Positions 1 to 10,219 of a stretch of DNA of 64,000 nucleotides are shown here, in pieces. The stretch's first letter is position 1; each line of letters opens with the position of its first letter. The stretch is from an uncultured Poribacteria bacterium (GTDB lineage Bacteria > Poribacteria > WGA-4E > WGA-3G). The DNA lies in the NCBI GenBank assembly GCA_958296135.2, contig CATQHZ020000001.1:3456001-3520000 (forward strand). The letters run 5' to 3'. The notes below the pieces were generated by a model, which saw only the letters and a list, made by a program, of their open reading frames with translations, was not told where the DNA came from and did not search any database. A program made the position numbers and the translations under genes.

Positions 1-1587
1 ATTTTGACCGGGCTCAACAATGGTGTGACTCAGGGCAAACGTTTTCGGGAGCGCAGGACAGGTTAAACGAATCGGGCCATCAAAACCGTCAAACCGGGTT
101 ACGTCAACTTGCATCGTGACACTACTGCCACGACTGACGCGCGGATTATCAAACGCTGATACACGGTTCCGGGCATCTAGCCCGACGACGTTGAGCGCAA
201 AGTCCGGCTCTAACGGACGGATGCTGAAGCGGTACGGATACGCCTCGCCACCCTGATTGTTGAGCTCTCGGATAGAGACAGAATAGGTGCCAGCCTCTTC
301 AAACAGCCACTCAATGCGGGCATCGGACACCCCACTCGCATCATCGTCGTTTACCATCAAGACTTGTTCTTTTGCATCGCCCCAGGTTTCCATATTCTCA
401 GCGTCTGACACCATGTTCTCGGCATCGTAGAGGGTGAGGAGCGCATCAAGTCGCGACGACAACTTCAGTGCATCAACCTCAAAAACGAGGCGTTGCGCGG
501 CTCCAACCTCAAACGAAAACCTGTCTACATCTCCCGCTTTCTCAATCTTGCCGTTGAGCGTCATCGGTATCGTCACAGGATTCGCTTCTCCGCGCATGTT
601 ATTAGGCTCAGTTTCTGACATCTCGGCTAAATTTCCGATGGCAAACGGATGGACATTCGTCGCCAAGCCGGAGGGAGTTCTCACGCGCAGTGCCCGCTCA
701 CCTGGCGGTGTTTCCGCACCGATGGATATTTGGATAGACACCACCGTTTCAAGATTCGCGCCGCTGACAGCAATCGTATTCTCTGAGCCGCGCCGCCCAC
801 CAAGCGGGAAAATTGTCTCCAGATACGGCAATTCACCGATGCTCAACCGATAGCCGTAACCCTCGCCGCCTTTGTAACGGATATCGCGGATGTAGAGGGT
901 ATAGTTTCCAGCGGCCGCCGCGGTGTAGTCCAACAGAGAGTCAAATCCGCTGCCCATCCCACTATTGGCAACCTCCGTGCCCTCAGCGTTTTTCAGGACG
1001 AGGTACGAGTCAAGCAACGAGCCCATCCGCGCCGCTGTCACGTCACAGATAAGCCGAGCATCCTTTTCAAGGTTAAAGTTAAAAATATCTTCATCGTCAA
1101 TCGAGGCGATATCGCCGTTGACGGTGACCGGCAATTCAAGCCAATGATAGGCATCGGGCGCATCTACCGTTTCATCTTCAATTATTTCTGCAAGGTTACC
1201 AACCACAAAACTTTGCGCGTTGGAAACACCGTAGGGGGTAACGATGCGGATTTGCTGAACACCTAGCGGCGCACTCGGCGCGATTGTCAGGGCAGCTGTC
1301 AAACTCGCGTCGTTGGGGATATGCCCAGTGACACCCGCGCCATCAAAGAAGACTGCAGCTTCCGCCGTCCTCTCTTTAATCTCGGCTGTGATACCGCTCC
1401 CACCGAACCACAACGCTGTCGCCGCACCGATGTTTTTCCCTTTCAAGGTAACGTCAACGGTAGTCCCTTGTTGTCCACCTTGTGGGAAAACGGCGGTGAA
1501 TTCAGGCTGCACCTGCGCCCGCGCAAAACTGATAGTTAGAAAAAAAATAAGGAGGAGAATAGAGAACTGTTTTGTGAAATCGTGCAT
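1..1587 (-). CDS. Secreted PPC-domain (pre-peptidase C-terminal-like) repeat protein of the DUF1501/DUF1553 module; 3' end runs off the window
   Basis: Manual translation from ATG 1587: MHDFTKQFSILLLIFFLTISFARAQ (signal peptide), then FPQGGQQGTTVDVTLKG and later FPLGGRRGSEN...GANL and YPYRFSIRP. These motifs resemble planctomycete-type PPC proteins found beside DUF1501 genes. Confidence 0.7.
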   Translation of the reverse strand, partial: MHDFTKQFSILLLIFFLTISFARAQVQPEFTAVFPQGGQQGTTVDVTLKGKNIGAATALWFGGSGITAEIKERTAEAAVFFDGAGVTGHIPNDASLTAALTIAPSAPLGVQQIRIVTPYGVSNAQSFVVGNLAEIIEDETVDAPDAYHWLELPVTVNGDIASIDDEDIFNFNLEKDARLICDVTAARMGSLLDSYLVLKNAEGTEVANSGMGSGFDSLLDYTAAAAGNYTLYIRDIRYKGGEGYGYRLSIGELPYLETIFPLGGRRGSENTIAVSGANLETVVSIQISIGAETPPGERALRVRTPSGLATNVHPFAIGNLAEMSETEPNNMRGEANPVTIPMTLNGKIEKAGDVDRFSFEVGAAQRLVFEVDALKLSSRLDALLTLYDAENMVSDAENMETWGDAKEQVLMVNDDDASGVSDARIEWLFEEAGTYSVSIRELNNQGGEAYPYRFSIRPLEPDFALNVVGLDARNRVSAFDNPRVSRGSSVTMQVDVTRFDGFDGPIRLTCPALPKTFALSHTIVEPGQN

Positions 1588-1776
1588 TTCTGCTTTCCTC
1601 GTGTTGTCGCTGTAATCTGAGAATTGATTTCTGAATCATCGTAGCTCAGGCTCGCCTGAACCCGAACTGTTTGAGACCTGGTAATCGCAAACGACAGAAT
1701 CGAAGAACGAAACAACTCTATAACCAAGGCAGGGCGAGGGACAGGTCTCCCTCGCCCTACGGAATGCACCGAAGCC

Positions 1777-3222
1777 CTAGAAAATCCCGGCAATCGGTTC
1801 GCCTTTCACCAATTCGCGCGGCTGCTCCAAGTGGTTCAACACGATAGTGTGCGGGTCGATGCCGAGCGTATGGTAGACCGTGGCGAGAATGTCGCGCGGA
1901 TGCACCGGATTCTCAAGCGGCGTTGAGCCCGTCGCATCGGACTTCCCATAAACCTGTCCACCTTTCACACCCGCGCCTGCAATCAGACCGGTGTAGCAAT
2001 ACGGCCAATGATCTCTGCCATCAGGCGCGTTGCTATTCCCAGAAGTGCTGATGCCCATCCGCGGGGAACGGCCGAACTCGCCGATAGCCAAAACCAACGT
2101 ATCGTCTAACATGCCGCGCTGGTGCAGGTCCTCGAGCAGCGAGGAGACCGCGCTATCCAGCTTCGGGCAGTGCAGATTCTTCAGCGGACCGAAGTTCGTC
2201 GCATGCGTATCCCAGGCTGTCGTGTTCGGATCGCCGTTAGCAACGGAGGGCCAGTTCACCTGCACGAAGCGAGTACCTGCCTCCACCAACCGCCGCGCGA
2301 GGAGCGCGCTCTGTCCAAACGTATGCCGGCCATACTTATCGCGCACCTCATCAGGTTCCTGCGCCAAGTCAAACGCATTACGCGCCCGCTGCGACAAGAT
2401 GAGATTGTAAGCCTTCTCATAATACTCGTTCAAGGCATAGGAATCCGCAACCTTGTCGATTTCAGGCATGCCGGCGTTAAGCGTCTCCAGCAGAGATTTC
2501 CGCCGTTTCAACCGCACAGGCGGCACCTCGGGACGCAGCGTCAGATCGTCCAGGTTAATGTCCTCATTCGGATCTTGGAAGAGGAAGTAAGGATCGTAGG
2601 CTCTACCGAGGAACCCCGCGTTCCCACCCTTGCCGATGATGTTGCTCTCCTGCATCGGACGTGGAAGCTGCACGGCTGCCAGCATCGGTTCATCCGGCGG
2701 ACGGTAGTTCGCGATGTGCGCCGCCGCATTCGGATGGTCTGCAGGAGAAGGCGGATCCAACTGTCCCGAAGGCGCAACTTTATCCGGCGTTTCGCCTGTC
2801 ACCATTTGATACATCGCCGCCGTGTGGTTGAAAAGCCCCGCCGGTGTGTAACTCACCGACCGGATGAGGCACGCCTTATCCATCTGCTGTGCCAAGCGCG
2901 GCATCGTCTCGGATAACTGAATGCCGTCCACGTTCGTCGGAATCGGATTGAATTCGCCCCGGATGTTTGAGGGCGCGTCCGGCTTCGGATCCCAGATATC
3001 AAGATGGCTGGGGCCCCCTTGCAAAAAGAGGAGAATGACAGAATTGGCTTTCCCCCACCCGTTGAGAGGCTTGGAGGGCTCAACTGCCGTATTCGCTCTG
3101 GCTTGGAGTGACAGGACTTGCGGCAGACTGATGCCGAGCATCGCTGCGCCCCCGACGCGTAGAAATTCGCGTCGCGAAAATCCGTCACACAATCTTCCTG
3201 GCATTTGTGGTAACGATAACAT
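1777..3222 (-). CDS. DUF1501 family protein with Tat-like signal
   Basis: SRREFLR twin-arginine motif; LFLQGGPSHLDIWDPKP, LARRLVEAGTRFV, WDTH, GEFGRSP and GRDHW motifs. Confidence 0.9.
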   Translation of the reverse strand: MLSLPQMPGRLCDGFSRREFLRVGGAAMLGISLPQVLSLQARANTAVEPSKPLNGWGKANSVILLFLQGGPSHLDIWDPKPDAPSNIRGEFNPIPTNVDGIQLSETMPRLAQQMDKACLIRSVSYTPAGLFNHTAAMYQMVTGETPDKVAPSGQLDPPSPADHPNAAAHIANYRPPDEPMLAAVQLPRPMQESNIIGKGGNAGFLGRAYDPYFLFQDPNEDINLDDLTLRPEVPPVRLKRRKSLLETLNAGMPEIDKVADSYALNEYYEKAYNLILSQRARNAFDLAQEPDEVRDKYGRHTFGQSALLARRLVEAGTRFVQVNWPSVANGDPNTTAWDTHATNFGPLKNLHCPKLDSAVSSLLEDLHQRGMLDDTLVLAIGEFGRSPRMGISTSGNSNAPDGRDHWPYCYTGLIAGAGVKGGQVYGKSDATGSTPLENPVHPRDILATVYHTLGIDPHTIVLNHLEQPRELVKGEPIAGIF

Positions 3223-3321
3223 GATGTTGTTGCCTCCATAATGGCGGGAGCGTTTGTAAGGGCGGATGTCTATAGTTTCCGCCCGTTACAGACAGCGCAG
3301 ATTGCGCTCCCCGCCGCGACA

Positions 3322-5796
3322 TTAACGATTAAACAGGAACGCCGGACTGTTAATCAGTGCCCACAACAGATCTTGCGCTCCCTCTTCCTTAGACTCGGCG
3401 TTTGCGAGATGCTCAATCGCTACCGCGTATTCGGCCTTCTGCGGTAACCGAGAAAGCGTGGCAAGATACAACTCCTCAACGAGGGTTTTGTCGTCACTCT
3501 CTGCTTTCACGAGTCTCGCGATGCGTCCCTCCGGATCGATTAGCGCGTCTGCAACCGTCGGGCCGTTAATCAAGTTCATAGCGTGCGCGAGGCTGACCTC
3601 GGTGGTGCGTTCGCATTCACACGAAGTCTCGCGTTCCGGACGCCCGAAGAGTTTCAAGAAACCGTCGTCCTTCACCTTGCTATCAGGCAATTGGACAGCT
3701 CTGAAGTCTTTCGGCACCGCTTCAAACCTTGGACGGCTCCCTGTTGCCACGCCGATGGAATCAAGCAACTGTTCCGCTGTCAAACGCCGCGCAACCGCGT
3801 GGGAGAAGTTAATCTTATCCGCTTTGTTCCACTTATTCGTCTTGATACTCTGCTGATAGGTTCGGGAGCGCGCGATCGTCCGCATGATATGCTTCAAATC
3901 GAAGCCGCTCTCTACAAAATCCTTTGTCAACGCATCAAGCAGTTCCGGATTCGTCGGCGGGTTACTTGTGCGAATGTCGTCCACAGGCTCAATGATCCCG
4001 CGTCCCATGAAGTAACTCCACAGACGATTCACGCCTGCGCGAGCGAACATCGGATTGTCAGCGGCGGTAAGCCACTCCGCGAGAGCCTGCCGCTTATCGG
4101 CCGTGTCTGCATCCACTTCACCAAACGGGACAGCAGGTTCAATCACTGCCAACGTTCGGGGATGTTTCACAGGCGTTTCGGTATAATTGGCGTAGACTAC
4201 CTCATCACCGGGCAGATGCCCCTGCTTGACTTTGACATCCGCAAAGAACGCGCCGAACTCATAATACTGGTTCTGCGTCCACTTTTCAAACGGATGGTCA
4301 TGGCATTTATTACAGGAGAAGCGCACACCCAAAAAGAGCTGCGTCGTGTTTTCCACGGCATCGGTATACTCACGTGACACGCGGAAATAACTGGCCGCCG
4401 GATTGCTATAGGCACTGCCACTAGACGTAATCAGGGCGCGGACGAACTGATCATACGGCTGATTCTGCGCGATGGACTCATGAATCCACTGCTGGAAAAG
4501 CCACACGCCGCGCTCGCCGAGGAACTTCCGGTTTGATTGCAACAAGTCTGCCCATTTATGTGTCCAATGATCGACAAACTCCGGTGTCTCCACGAGTGCA
4601 TCGATTAACTGCTCGCGCTTCGCCTTTGAAGCGGTTTTATCTGCCAAGAAGCTCCGAACCTGCTCAGGCATGGGCGGCAGTCCCGTCAAATCGAGATAAA
4701 TGCGCCGCACAAACTCCTCATCGGTGCAGAGAGCCGATGGCAGAATCTTCATCCGCTTCAACTTGTTATGCACATGCGTATCAATGTAGGTGTACGTCGG
4801 TGTTTTTACCCATTTATAGCCGGTTCTGTCACCCATAACGATGATGCCGTTGGTGCTGTACGCGCCTTCATACCGTGTCAATATGGCGGTTTCACCGCGT
4901 CGTTCAGCGGTGACAACCCCGTCATCCGTGACTTTCGCGACATCATTAGCACTGCTGGTGAACTTAGCCTCGCGGGTGACATCGCGCGTGGTACCATCGG
5001 GATAGTGCGCAATAACGATGAGTTGTTGCTTCGTGCCGGGCATCGACAACTCTGCAGAATTCGGCAGCACCTCTAACCGTTCCACGCGCTGCGTGGTTTT
5101 CACGTCAGAGACAACACCTTCCGCTATCCACTGCCGAATCAGCTCGTAGTCACGCGAACCAGGAACAATCACCTGCCCGCCTTTGTGCGGCACTTCGGAT
5201 GTCGGCTTCAGCAGCATCAGGCTCTGTTCGGGGAACGCGCGATTGAAACGCCGCCCCGATATATCCTCAATGAGGAGCTCGTAGTCAAAATCCGGGTCAT
5301 AGCCGCGCAGGGAGAGTTTAAACCCGTTTTTGCCCTTCGCCGCGCCGTGGCACGTGCCGTTGTTACACCCGGCGTGACTCAGAAGCGGCATGACCTCCCG
5401 CACGAAACTCACCGGCGGTGCCTCCAGGCTCGTGACGTTCACCGGTAAATCGGTGCTGAGCCCTTTGACAGTAACGGCGATGTTCGTCGTGCCGACAGAC
5501 ACCGGGTAGATATAGCCATCTTCCTGCACCTGCACGCCAGCAGAAGAAGGAGTTAGGACCGCCCAGTGCGTTACGTCGATCCAACGTCCATCCGTTGTCC
5601 GGCCTGACACGAGCACACGGCGGCCATCGCGCGCATGCTGCAGCGTCAATGCCTCAGGATGCACCTTCAACGCCGTAATTTTGGGGATTTCAACACTCGC
5701 AGCCTTCTCCATTTCGCTCCAACTCGTCAGTTGGAACGCGAAGCATAAGGAGAATGCGATGAGGAGTGTCGCGACAAACTTAAACCTAGGTTTCAT
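3322..5796 (-). CDS. DUF1549/DUF1553 domain protein with Ig-like domains
   Basis: Start MKPRF after GGAGG. Motifs GCNNGTCHG, FVRRIYLDLTG, CNKCHDHPF, NPELLDAL, CECER and terminal FLFNR. Confidence 0.9.
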   Translation of the reverse strand: MKPRFKFVATLLIAFSLCFAFQLTSWSEMEKAASVEIPKITALKVHPEALTLQHARDGRRVLVSGRTTDGRWIDVTHWAVLTPSSAGVQVQEDGYIYPVSVGTTNIAVTVKGLSTDLPVNVTSLEAPPVSFVREVMPLLSHAGCNNGTCHGAAKGKNGFKLSLRGYDPDFDYELLIEDISGRRFNRAFPEQSLMLLKPTSEVPHKGGQVIVPGSRDYELIRQWIAEGVVSDVKTTQRVERLEVLPNSAELSMPGTKQQLIVIAHYPDGTTRDVTREAKFTSSANDVAKVTDDGVVTAERRGETAILTRYEGAYSTNGIIVMGDRTGYKWVKTPTYTYIDTHVHNKLKRMKILPSALCTDEEFVRRIYLDLTGLPPMPEQVRSFLADKTASKAKREQLIDALVETPEFVDHWTHKWADLLQSNRKFLGERGVWLFQQWIHESIAQNQPYDQFVRALITSSGSAYSNPAASYFRVSREYTDAVENTTQLFLGVRFSCNKCHDHPFEKWTQNQYYEFGAFFADVKVKQGHLPGDEVVYANYTETPVKHPRTLAVIEPAVPFGEVDADTADKRQALAEWLTAADNPMFARAGVNRLWSYFMGRGIIEPVDDIRTSNPPTNPELLDALTKDFVESGFDLKHIMRTIARSRTYQQSIKTNKWNKADKINFSHAVARRLTAEQLLDSIGVATGSRPRFEAVPKDFRAVQLPDSKVKDDGFLKLFGRPERETSCECERTTEVSLAHAMNLINGPTVADALIDPEGRIARLVKAESDDKTLVEELYLATLSRLPQKAEYAVAIEHLANAESKEEGAQDLLWALINSPAFLFNR

Positions 5797-5864
5797 GATA
5801 TCCTCCAAATAGGTGAGGCGGAACATGCCAGCGCGCATTGCGCTCCTACACGTCCCAGTCTCCC

Positions 5865-6689
5865 CTACTTCTGGTTTTTCAAATTCCCCCAGACTATTGG
5901 CAACTTGCCACCGGGGGATACGTCAGCGAATTCAGATTCGCTCGCTAGCCAATTGATAACGTTTTCGGTAAGTTGCTCCAGTTGTTCGATGTCCTCGTTG
6001 TTCTTATGATAGTTCGGGAGCCGCCAATTCATATTGAACACTTTTCCATCGCCGGCCTCCCAATAGCCAAAGGCGGCAATCCTATCGCCCCAGTCGTTCG
6101 CGGGCGGGCCCCACGCATTGGCAAGGGTAATGAAATCCTTCCAAATCTTATCGTAGTAGTCGCCGCTCTTCGGAAAGCCGGTGGAATTAACCTGAATCCT
6201 ATCGTCAACCTGCGGTGCCTTCCCATCAATATTCTCAAGGCCTTCCACTAATCCGAGTTCAAGTGTCTCTTTCAGGACGGTAATACCGACGTTAATCCCA
6301 TCTGCTGCGGTAGGACCGAATGCACGCGCCTCCGCTTTTTCGAGCCCCATCGGCGTTGCGTAACGAATCGCCCATCCTGTCAAGAGAACAGCACCGCCGC
6401 TTTCGGCGTAGTCCACGAACGCATCGATTTCCGCGGCGGACAATTCGCCCGGGTCGCTGTCGCCTTCGTGCCACCAGACGACACCGTATTGTTTAAACGT
6501 GTTGCTCTTCAGGGCATTCTTCGCCAGCTGCGTCGTTTGGAACGCCTTTTCGGCAAATTCCAACGCCGGCGACGTAAACGGCCCTTTCTCGCCAAGGTAA
6601 ACAAAGCCGACTTCTACTGCCGCATCATTGACATTTATGATACCAAAAAGCAGCAAAAAAGTCAAGCAAAATATAAATGTTCGTTGCAT
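5865..6689 (-). CDS. Secreted hypothetical protein (GATase-like fold possible) with C-terminal V..K....WG.LK motif
   Basis: Start MQRTFIFCL after GGAGG; signal peptide; GVVWWH and GGAVLLTG segments; ends VSPGGKLPIVWGNLKNQK. Confidence 0.75.
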   Translation of the reverse strand: MQRTFIFCLTFLLLFGIINVNDAAVEVGFVYLGEKGPFTSPALEFAEKAFQTTQLAKNALKSNTFKQYGVVWWHEGDSDPGELSAAEIDAFVDYAESGGAVLLTGWAIRYATPMGLEKAEARAFGPTAADGINVGITVLKETLELGLVEGLENIDGKAPQVDDRIQVNSTGFPKSGDYYDKIWKDFITLANAWGPPANDWGDRIAAFGYWEAGDGKVFNMNWRLPNYHKNNEDIEQLEQLTENVINWLASESEFADVSPGGKLPIVWGNLKNQK

Positions 6690-6748
6690 TTTTTCTCCTC
6701 CATCGCTGCCCAAGACGCAAACCTTCCCTTTATCGTAGCGCGGGGGCC

Positions 6749-6896
6749 GTTACGGTCACGCCTACAGTAAAAGTGCGTGTGTCGCCCCGCGTAAACACGG
6801 TCACGTCTACAGCAAACGTGCGTGTGTCGCCCCGCGTAAACACGCTACCTTACTTTAACTTTGTCATCTCTGCAGCGAGGCTGCAGAGATGTCCAC
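6749..6896. mobile_element. REP-loop-inserted mini-element, 148-bp form with two 45-bp internal units
   Basis: GTTACG...TCTCTGCAG-CGAGG-CTGCAGAGA-TGTCCAC sits between GGGGGCC and TGTCCCCCGCG of a REP hairpin. Confidence 0.7.
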
Positions 6897-6944
6897 TGTC
6901 CCCCGCGATGCATCGCAACCCGCACGGTGAGCGACAGCCCTTCC

Positions 6945-7727
6945 CTACGGTGAATAATCCATGTCGCGCAGCCGTTCCCTCCCCATCTTCACAAAATTCG
7001 GCTCAATCTCAAAAGCGACGAAATTGCGACGGTGCCGCTTGCAGACGACAGGACACGTGCCTACGCCGGCAAACGGGTCCAACACCAAATCTCCCTGTGA
7101 TGAACTCGCTAACACCATCCGCTCAATTAACTTCTCAGGCTTCTGAATCGTATTGAGCACTTCTCGGCACGCCAACTCCTTCGATTTGTAAGTCAACTGC
7201 TTGATATCGCCCCAGACATCGCCCGGATTCTTCCCGTTGGCATTGAATTTGGTTTTCCCAAACGTGCCATCTGCGACAGAAGGAACCCGTTCGCACCGGA
7301 GCCGATGTGTTAATTCTACTAGCTGCGCCACCCTGATTTCATCAAGGTTATAGCATCGCGGGCGTTTGCCCTTGATGAAATAGCAGATGATGTCGTAGTT
7401 GTTCGTGTAGTTAATCCTGCCTTGCGCCAGCCGACTGGGTTGATACCAGATGATCTTCGCGCGCAGCGTTAAGAACTGCCGATAATCAATGAAGTCAACG
7501 CAGTCCGGTTTCCCGAAGAGATAGAGCGCACCGCCCTCTTTCAACTTCGGCGTGAAACGTTCAATGAGCCCGAGGTTGAACTCCTGAATTGAGGCGATTT
7601 TGTCCCACGAATGCTGCGTTACGCCGTAAGGACCGTCGCACACAATCAGAGATACCGATGCATCTTCCACCGATTCAAGGAGCTCAAACGCATCGCCGCA
7701 ATGGATAGTGTTGAGTTCAAGTGTCAT
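6945..7727 (-). CDS. Orphan amino (N6-A/N4-C) DNA methyltransferase, beta-class motif order
   Basis: N-terminal motif IV variant CDGPY, then GDVW and QKPEKLIER, and C-terminal motif I LDPFAGVGT. Confidence 0.88.
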   Translation of the reverse strand: MTLELNTIHCGDAFELLESVEDASVSLIVCDGPYGVTQHSWDKIASIQEFNLGLIERFTPKLKEGGALYLFGKPDCVDFIDYRQFLTLRAKIIWYQPSRLAQGRINYTNNYDIICYFIKGKRPRCYNLDEIRVAQLVELTHRLRCERVPSVADGTFGKTKFNANGKNPGDVWGDIKQLTYKSKELACREVLNTIQKPEKLIERMVLASSSQGDLVLDPFAGVGTCPVVCKRHRRNFVAFEIEPNFVKMGRERLRDMDYSP

Positions 7728-7795
7728 TGCTTGGCTAAGGAACGCGAGGGACAGGAACGCGAGGGACAGGCCTTCACGCTACGGATACGACGCAC

Positions 7796-9268
7796 CTACA
7801 TCGGGCCGACTCGCCGCGGTCCCCTATCCATGGCGAACATGGAGGCATCGAAACTGCGCTTCAACAACTCCAACCTGAGAGCCTGATTGTCCGGCGTATG
7901 CCAGAGGTTATCAAACTCACCCGGGTCTGCCGCCAAATCGTAGAGTTCCCCCTCTTCGTGCCCGTGATACACAACTAATTTGTAACGCTCATCGCGATAC
8001 ATCGTTGCGAAAGAGTGGTCTGGCAAGTTAACCGCGTCGTAGTATTCGCACCGGACGAAATCGCGGTGATGGTTTGCTTCGGCGGTGCCGGTGAGGATAG
8101 GCATGAGCGTTCTGCCTTGCATCCAGTCTGGCACCCGTAAACCCGCCGCTTCCAACAACGTCGGTGCTTTGTCAGTTAGTTCAACGAGCGCGTCGCTTTT
8201 CAGGCCGCTAGCGATTTGCCCCGGCCATGAGAAGATAAGCGGCACCCGCACGAGTCCCTCATAAAACCGGCACCCCTTTTGGATAAGCCCATGGTCGCCG
8301 AGGGTTTCACCGTGGTCGCTGGTGAAAATGATGAGCGTGTTGTCGCGCTGCCCTGTCTCCTCTAGCACCTCAAGCATCCGTCCGACTTGCTCATCAATGA
8401 GTTGGATCATCGCGTAATAGGCGGCTTTAAGGGTTTGTGCATCGCGACGCGGTTCTGGATTTGCCACATCATCGGGACGCGTTCCGGCGCGCGAAAGCGG
8501 CGCGTGCGGCAAGATCGGACTCCGAATGTCCAAATCGTCGGGGGGCCTGCCCTTGGATTGGAAATCGACATTTTGCAGCCGCCGCTGCTGCGCCAAATCG
8601 CTTTCCCGGAAGAGCGGCTGCGGCATCTCCGCCGGTTCAAACCGTTCGCGATGCGTCTGCGGCGGATTGAACGGCGGATGCGGATCGTAGATGTTAACAC
8701 TCGCCAGCCACGGCCCATCACGCTCCTCACGAATAAACTCAATCGTCTTCTCGGCGCACCACGTCGTCTGATGCAACTCGGCAGGCACGCCTCTTGCATC
8801 CTGCGTCAGTTCACCGAGGATATAACCCTTGGAACGCACCCAGTCTGCATAATCGTGTCCGACTTCCCAGTCATCGCGAGGCGCGTGGCTGTACTGCCAA
8901 TAGCGGTAACCGTCGTTCACCCTCGGTTCAACCCGCCGATACGCACTCGCGAGATGGAGTTTCCCGATGAGCCCGCAGTGGTATCCTGCCTCCATCAGCA
9001 TCCGCGTGACGAGCGGATATGTATCCGGAAAGACACTGTTACCGTTGCCATTTGCATGGACAGCACTCGGATACATGCCAGTGAGGAAACTGGCGCGACT
9101 CGGCGTGCAGATCGGGCTCTGGCAGTAGGCATGCGTAAAGGCGACCCCTTCTGCGACGAGGCTATCGATATTCGGCGTTGCGACGTGCGGATTGCCGAGC
9201 GCGCCGATGGTATCGTAACGCTGCTGATCTGTGCAAATCCAGAGGATGTTTGGCGTGTTGGTAGCCAT
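7796..9268 (-). CDS. Sulfatase (Cys-type, formylglycine-dependent)
   Basis: PNILWICTDQQR, CTPSRASFLTG, GKLH and FTSDHG motifs. Confidence 0.92.
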   Translation of the reverse strand: MATNTPNILWICTDQQRYDTIGALGNPHVATPNIDSLVAEGVAFTHAYCQSPICTPSRASFLTGMYPSAVHANGNGNSVFPDTYPLVTRMLMEAGYHCGLIGKLHLASAYRRVEPRVNDGYRYWQYSHAPRDDWEVGHDYADWVRSKGYILGELTQDARGVPAELHQTTWCAEKTIEFIREERDGPWLASVNIYDPHPPFNPPQTHRERFEPAEMPQPLFRESDLAQQRRLQNVDFQSKGRPPDDLDIRSPILPHAPLSRAGTRPDDVANPEPRRDAQTLKAAYYAMIQLIDEQVGRMLEVLEETGQRDNTLIIFTSDHGETLGDHGLIQKGCRFYEGLVRVPLIFSWPGQIASGLKSDALVELTDKAPTLLEAAGLRVPDWMQGRTLMPILTGTAEANHHRDFVRCEYYDAVNLPDHSFATMYRDERYKLVVYHGHEEGELYDLAADPGEFDNLWHTPDNQALRLELLKRSFDASMFAMDRGPRRVGPM

Positions 9269-9286
9269 GATTCAGCCCCTTCGTTT

Positions 9287-9982
9287 CTATTCAAAAAACA
9301 GTGAGACCTCGCTGGAGAATCCCTCAACGACATCCTCGCCGGTGAGCGTATCGTCACGCTGGAGCAAAGTGATGTCTGTCTCTGAACGATACACCGTTAC
9401 CGTTTTCGCGGTAGGTTCAATAACCCAGACGAGGCGTGTGCCGGCTGCCAAGTAGTTGAACGCCTTTTCAACGATACGAGACAGCACATCTGATGGCGAA
9501 ACTACCTCTACCGCCAAGTCCGGCGGAATCGGTAACCCTTTCTTTTTGTCTCCCGTCAAGCGTTCCGTGGCAACAAATGCGACATCCGGCTTCGCGACCC
9601 GTTCACCGACTTGGAAGGTCGTATCCGCTGTATACACCTTGCCTAACCGATTTTCGCGAACGTGCAACCCTAACGGTAAAATGACGTTGACGCTAATTTC
9701 TCCGTGTTCCCTTGATGTACCGGGCATCAGCACTAATTCTCCTTTAACGTATTCATACCCCTCTACGTCGTTTTCAAGGAATTCCTCCAGCGTCATTTTG
9801 ATCTGCTCAGGCGGAACCCCTTCGTGCGCGAAGTGAGGCGGGATTGGATGCTTCGGTACCAATTTCCCCTCAACGTATTCATACCCCTCCACGTCGTTCT
9901 CAAGGAATTCCTCCAGCGTCATCGTGACATTTTCAGGCAGGGGTATTCCTTCCTCCGCGAGGCGGTGAATGTCAGTGTTCAT
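9287..9982 (-). CDS. Uma2 family (PD-(D/E)XK-like) endonuclease with duplicated N-terminal segment
   Basis: PDVAFV...PDLAVEVVSPSD and YLAAGTRLVWVIEP motifs; MTLEEFLENDVEGYEYV occurs twice. Confidence 0.88.
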   Translation of the reverse strand: MNTDIHRLAEEGIPLPENVTMTLEEFLENDVEGYEYVEGKLVPKHPIPPHFAHEGVPPEQIKMTLEEFLENDVEGYEYVKGELVLMPGTSREHGEISVNVILPLGLHVRENRLGKVYTADTTFQVGERVAKPDVAFVATERLTGDKKKGLPIPPDLAVEVVSPSDVLSRIVEKAFNYLAAGTRLVWVIEPTAKTVTVYRSETDITLLQRDDTLTGEDVVEGFSSEVSLFFE

Positions 9983-10219
9983 TTCTCATACCTCTCTATA
10001 AACCTGTCGTGCCTAACGGCACTATTATTCGGATATGGAACGCCTCATTTACTTAGCGGTTGCGCTGAACCCTGTCGCCTTAACCACATCCGCCAAATCC
10101 GTGGCGGTGACAGCGTTCTTGCGCACCTTAATGACGGCCCGGTCTGGCAACGAAACTTCAACGCTGATAACGTCTTGGAGGTGTGTCAGTGCATCCTGCA
10201 CTTTCGCTACACACGCCCC

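Noticed and set aside
8387-9304. Long antisense or alternate-frame ORFs (also 13237-14499, 14045-15055, 34634-35737)
   Set aside because: They are shadows of well-supported genes on the opposite strand, as expected in GC-rich DNA.
6945-9982. Uma2 plus MTase as a restriction-modification pair
   Set aside because: They are separated by a sulfatase and a REP, and the other Uma2 copies have no MTase partner.
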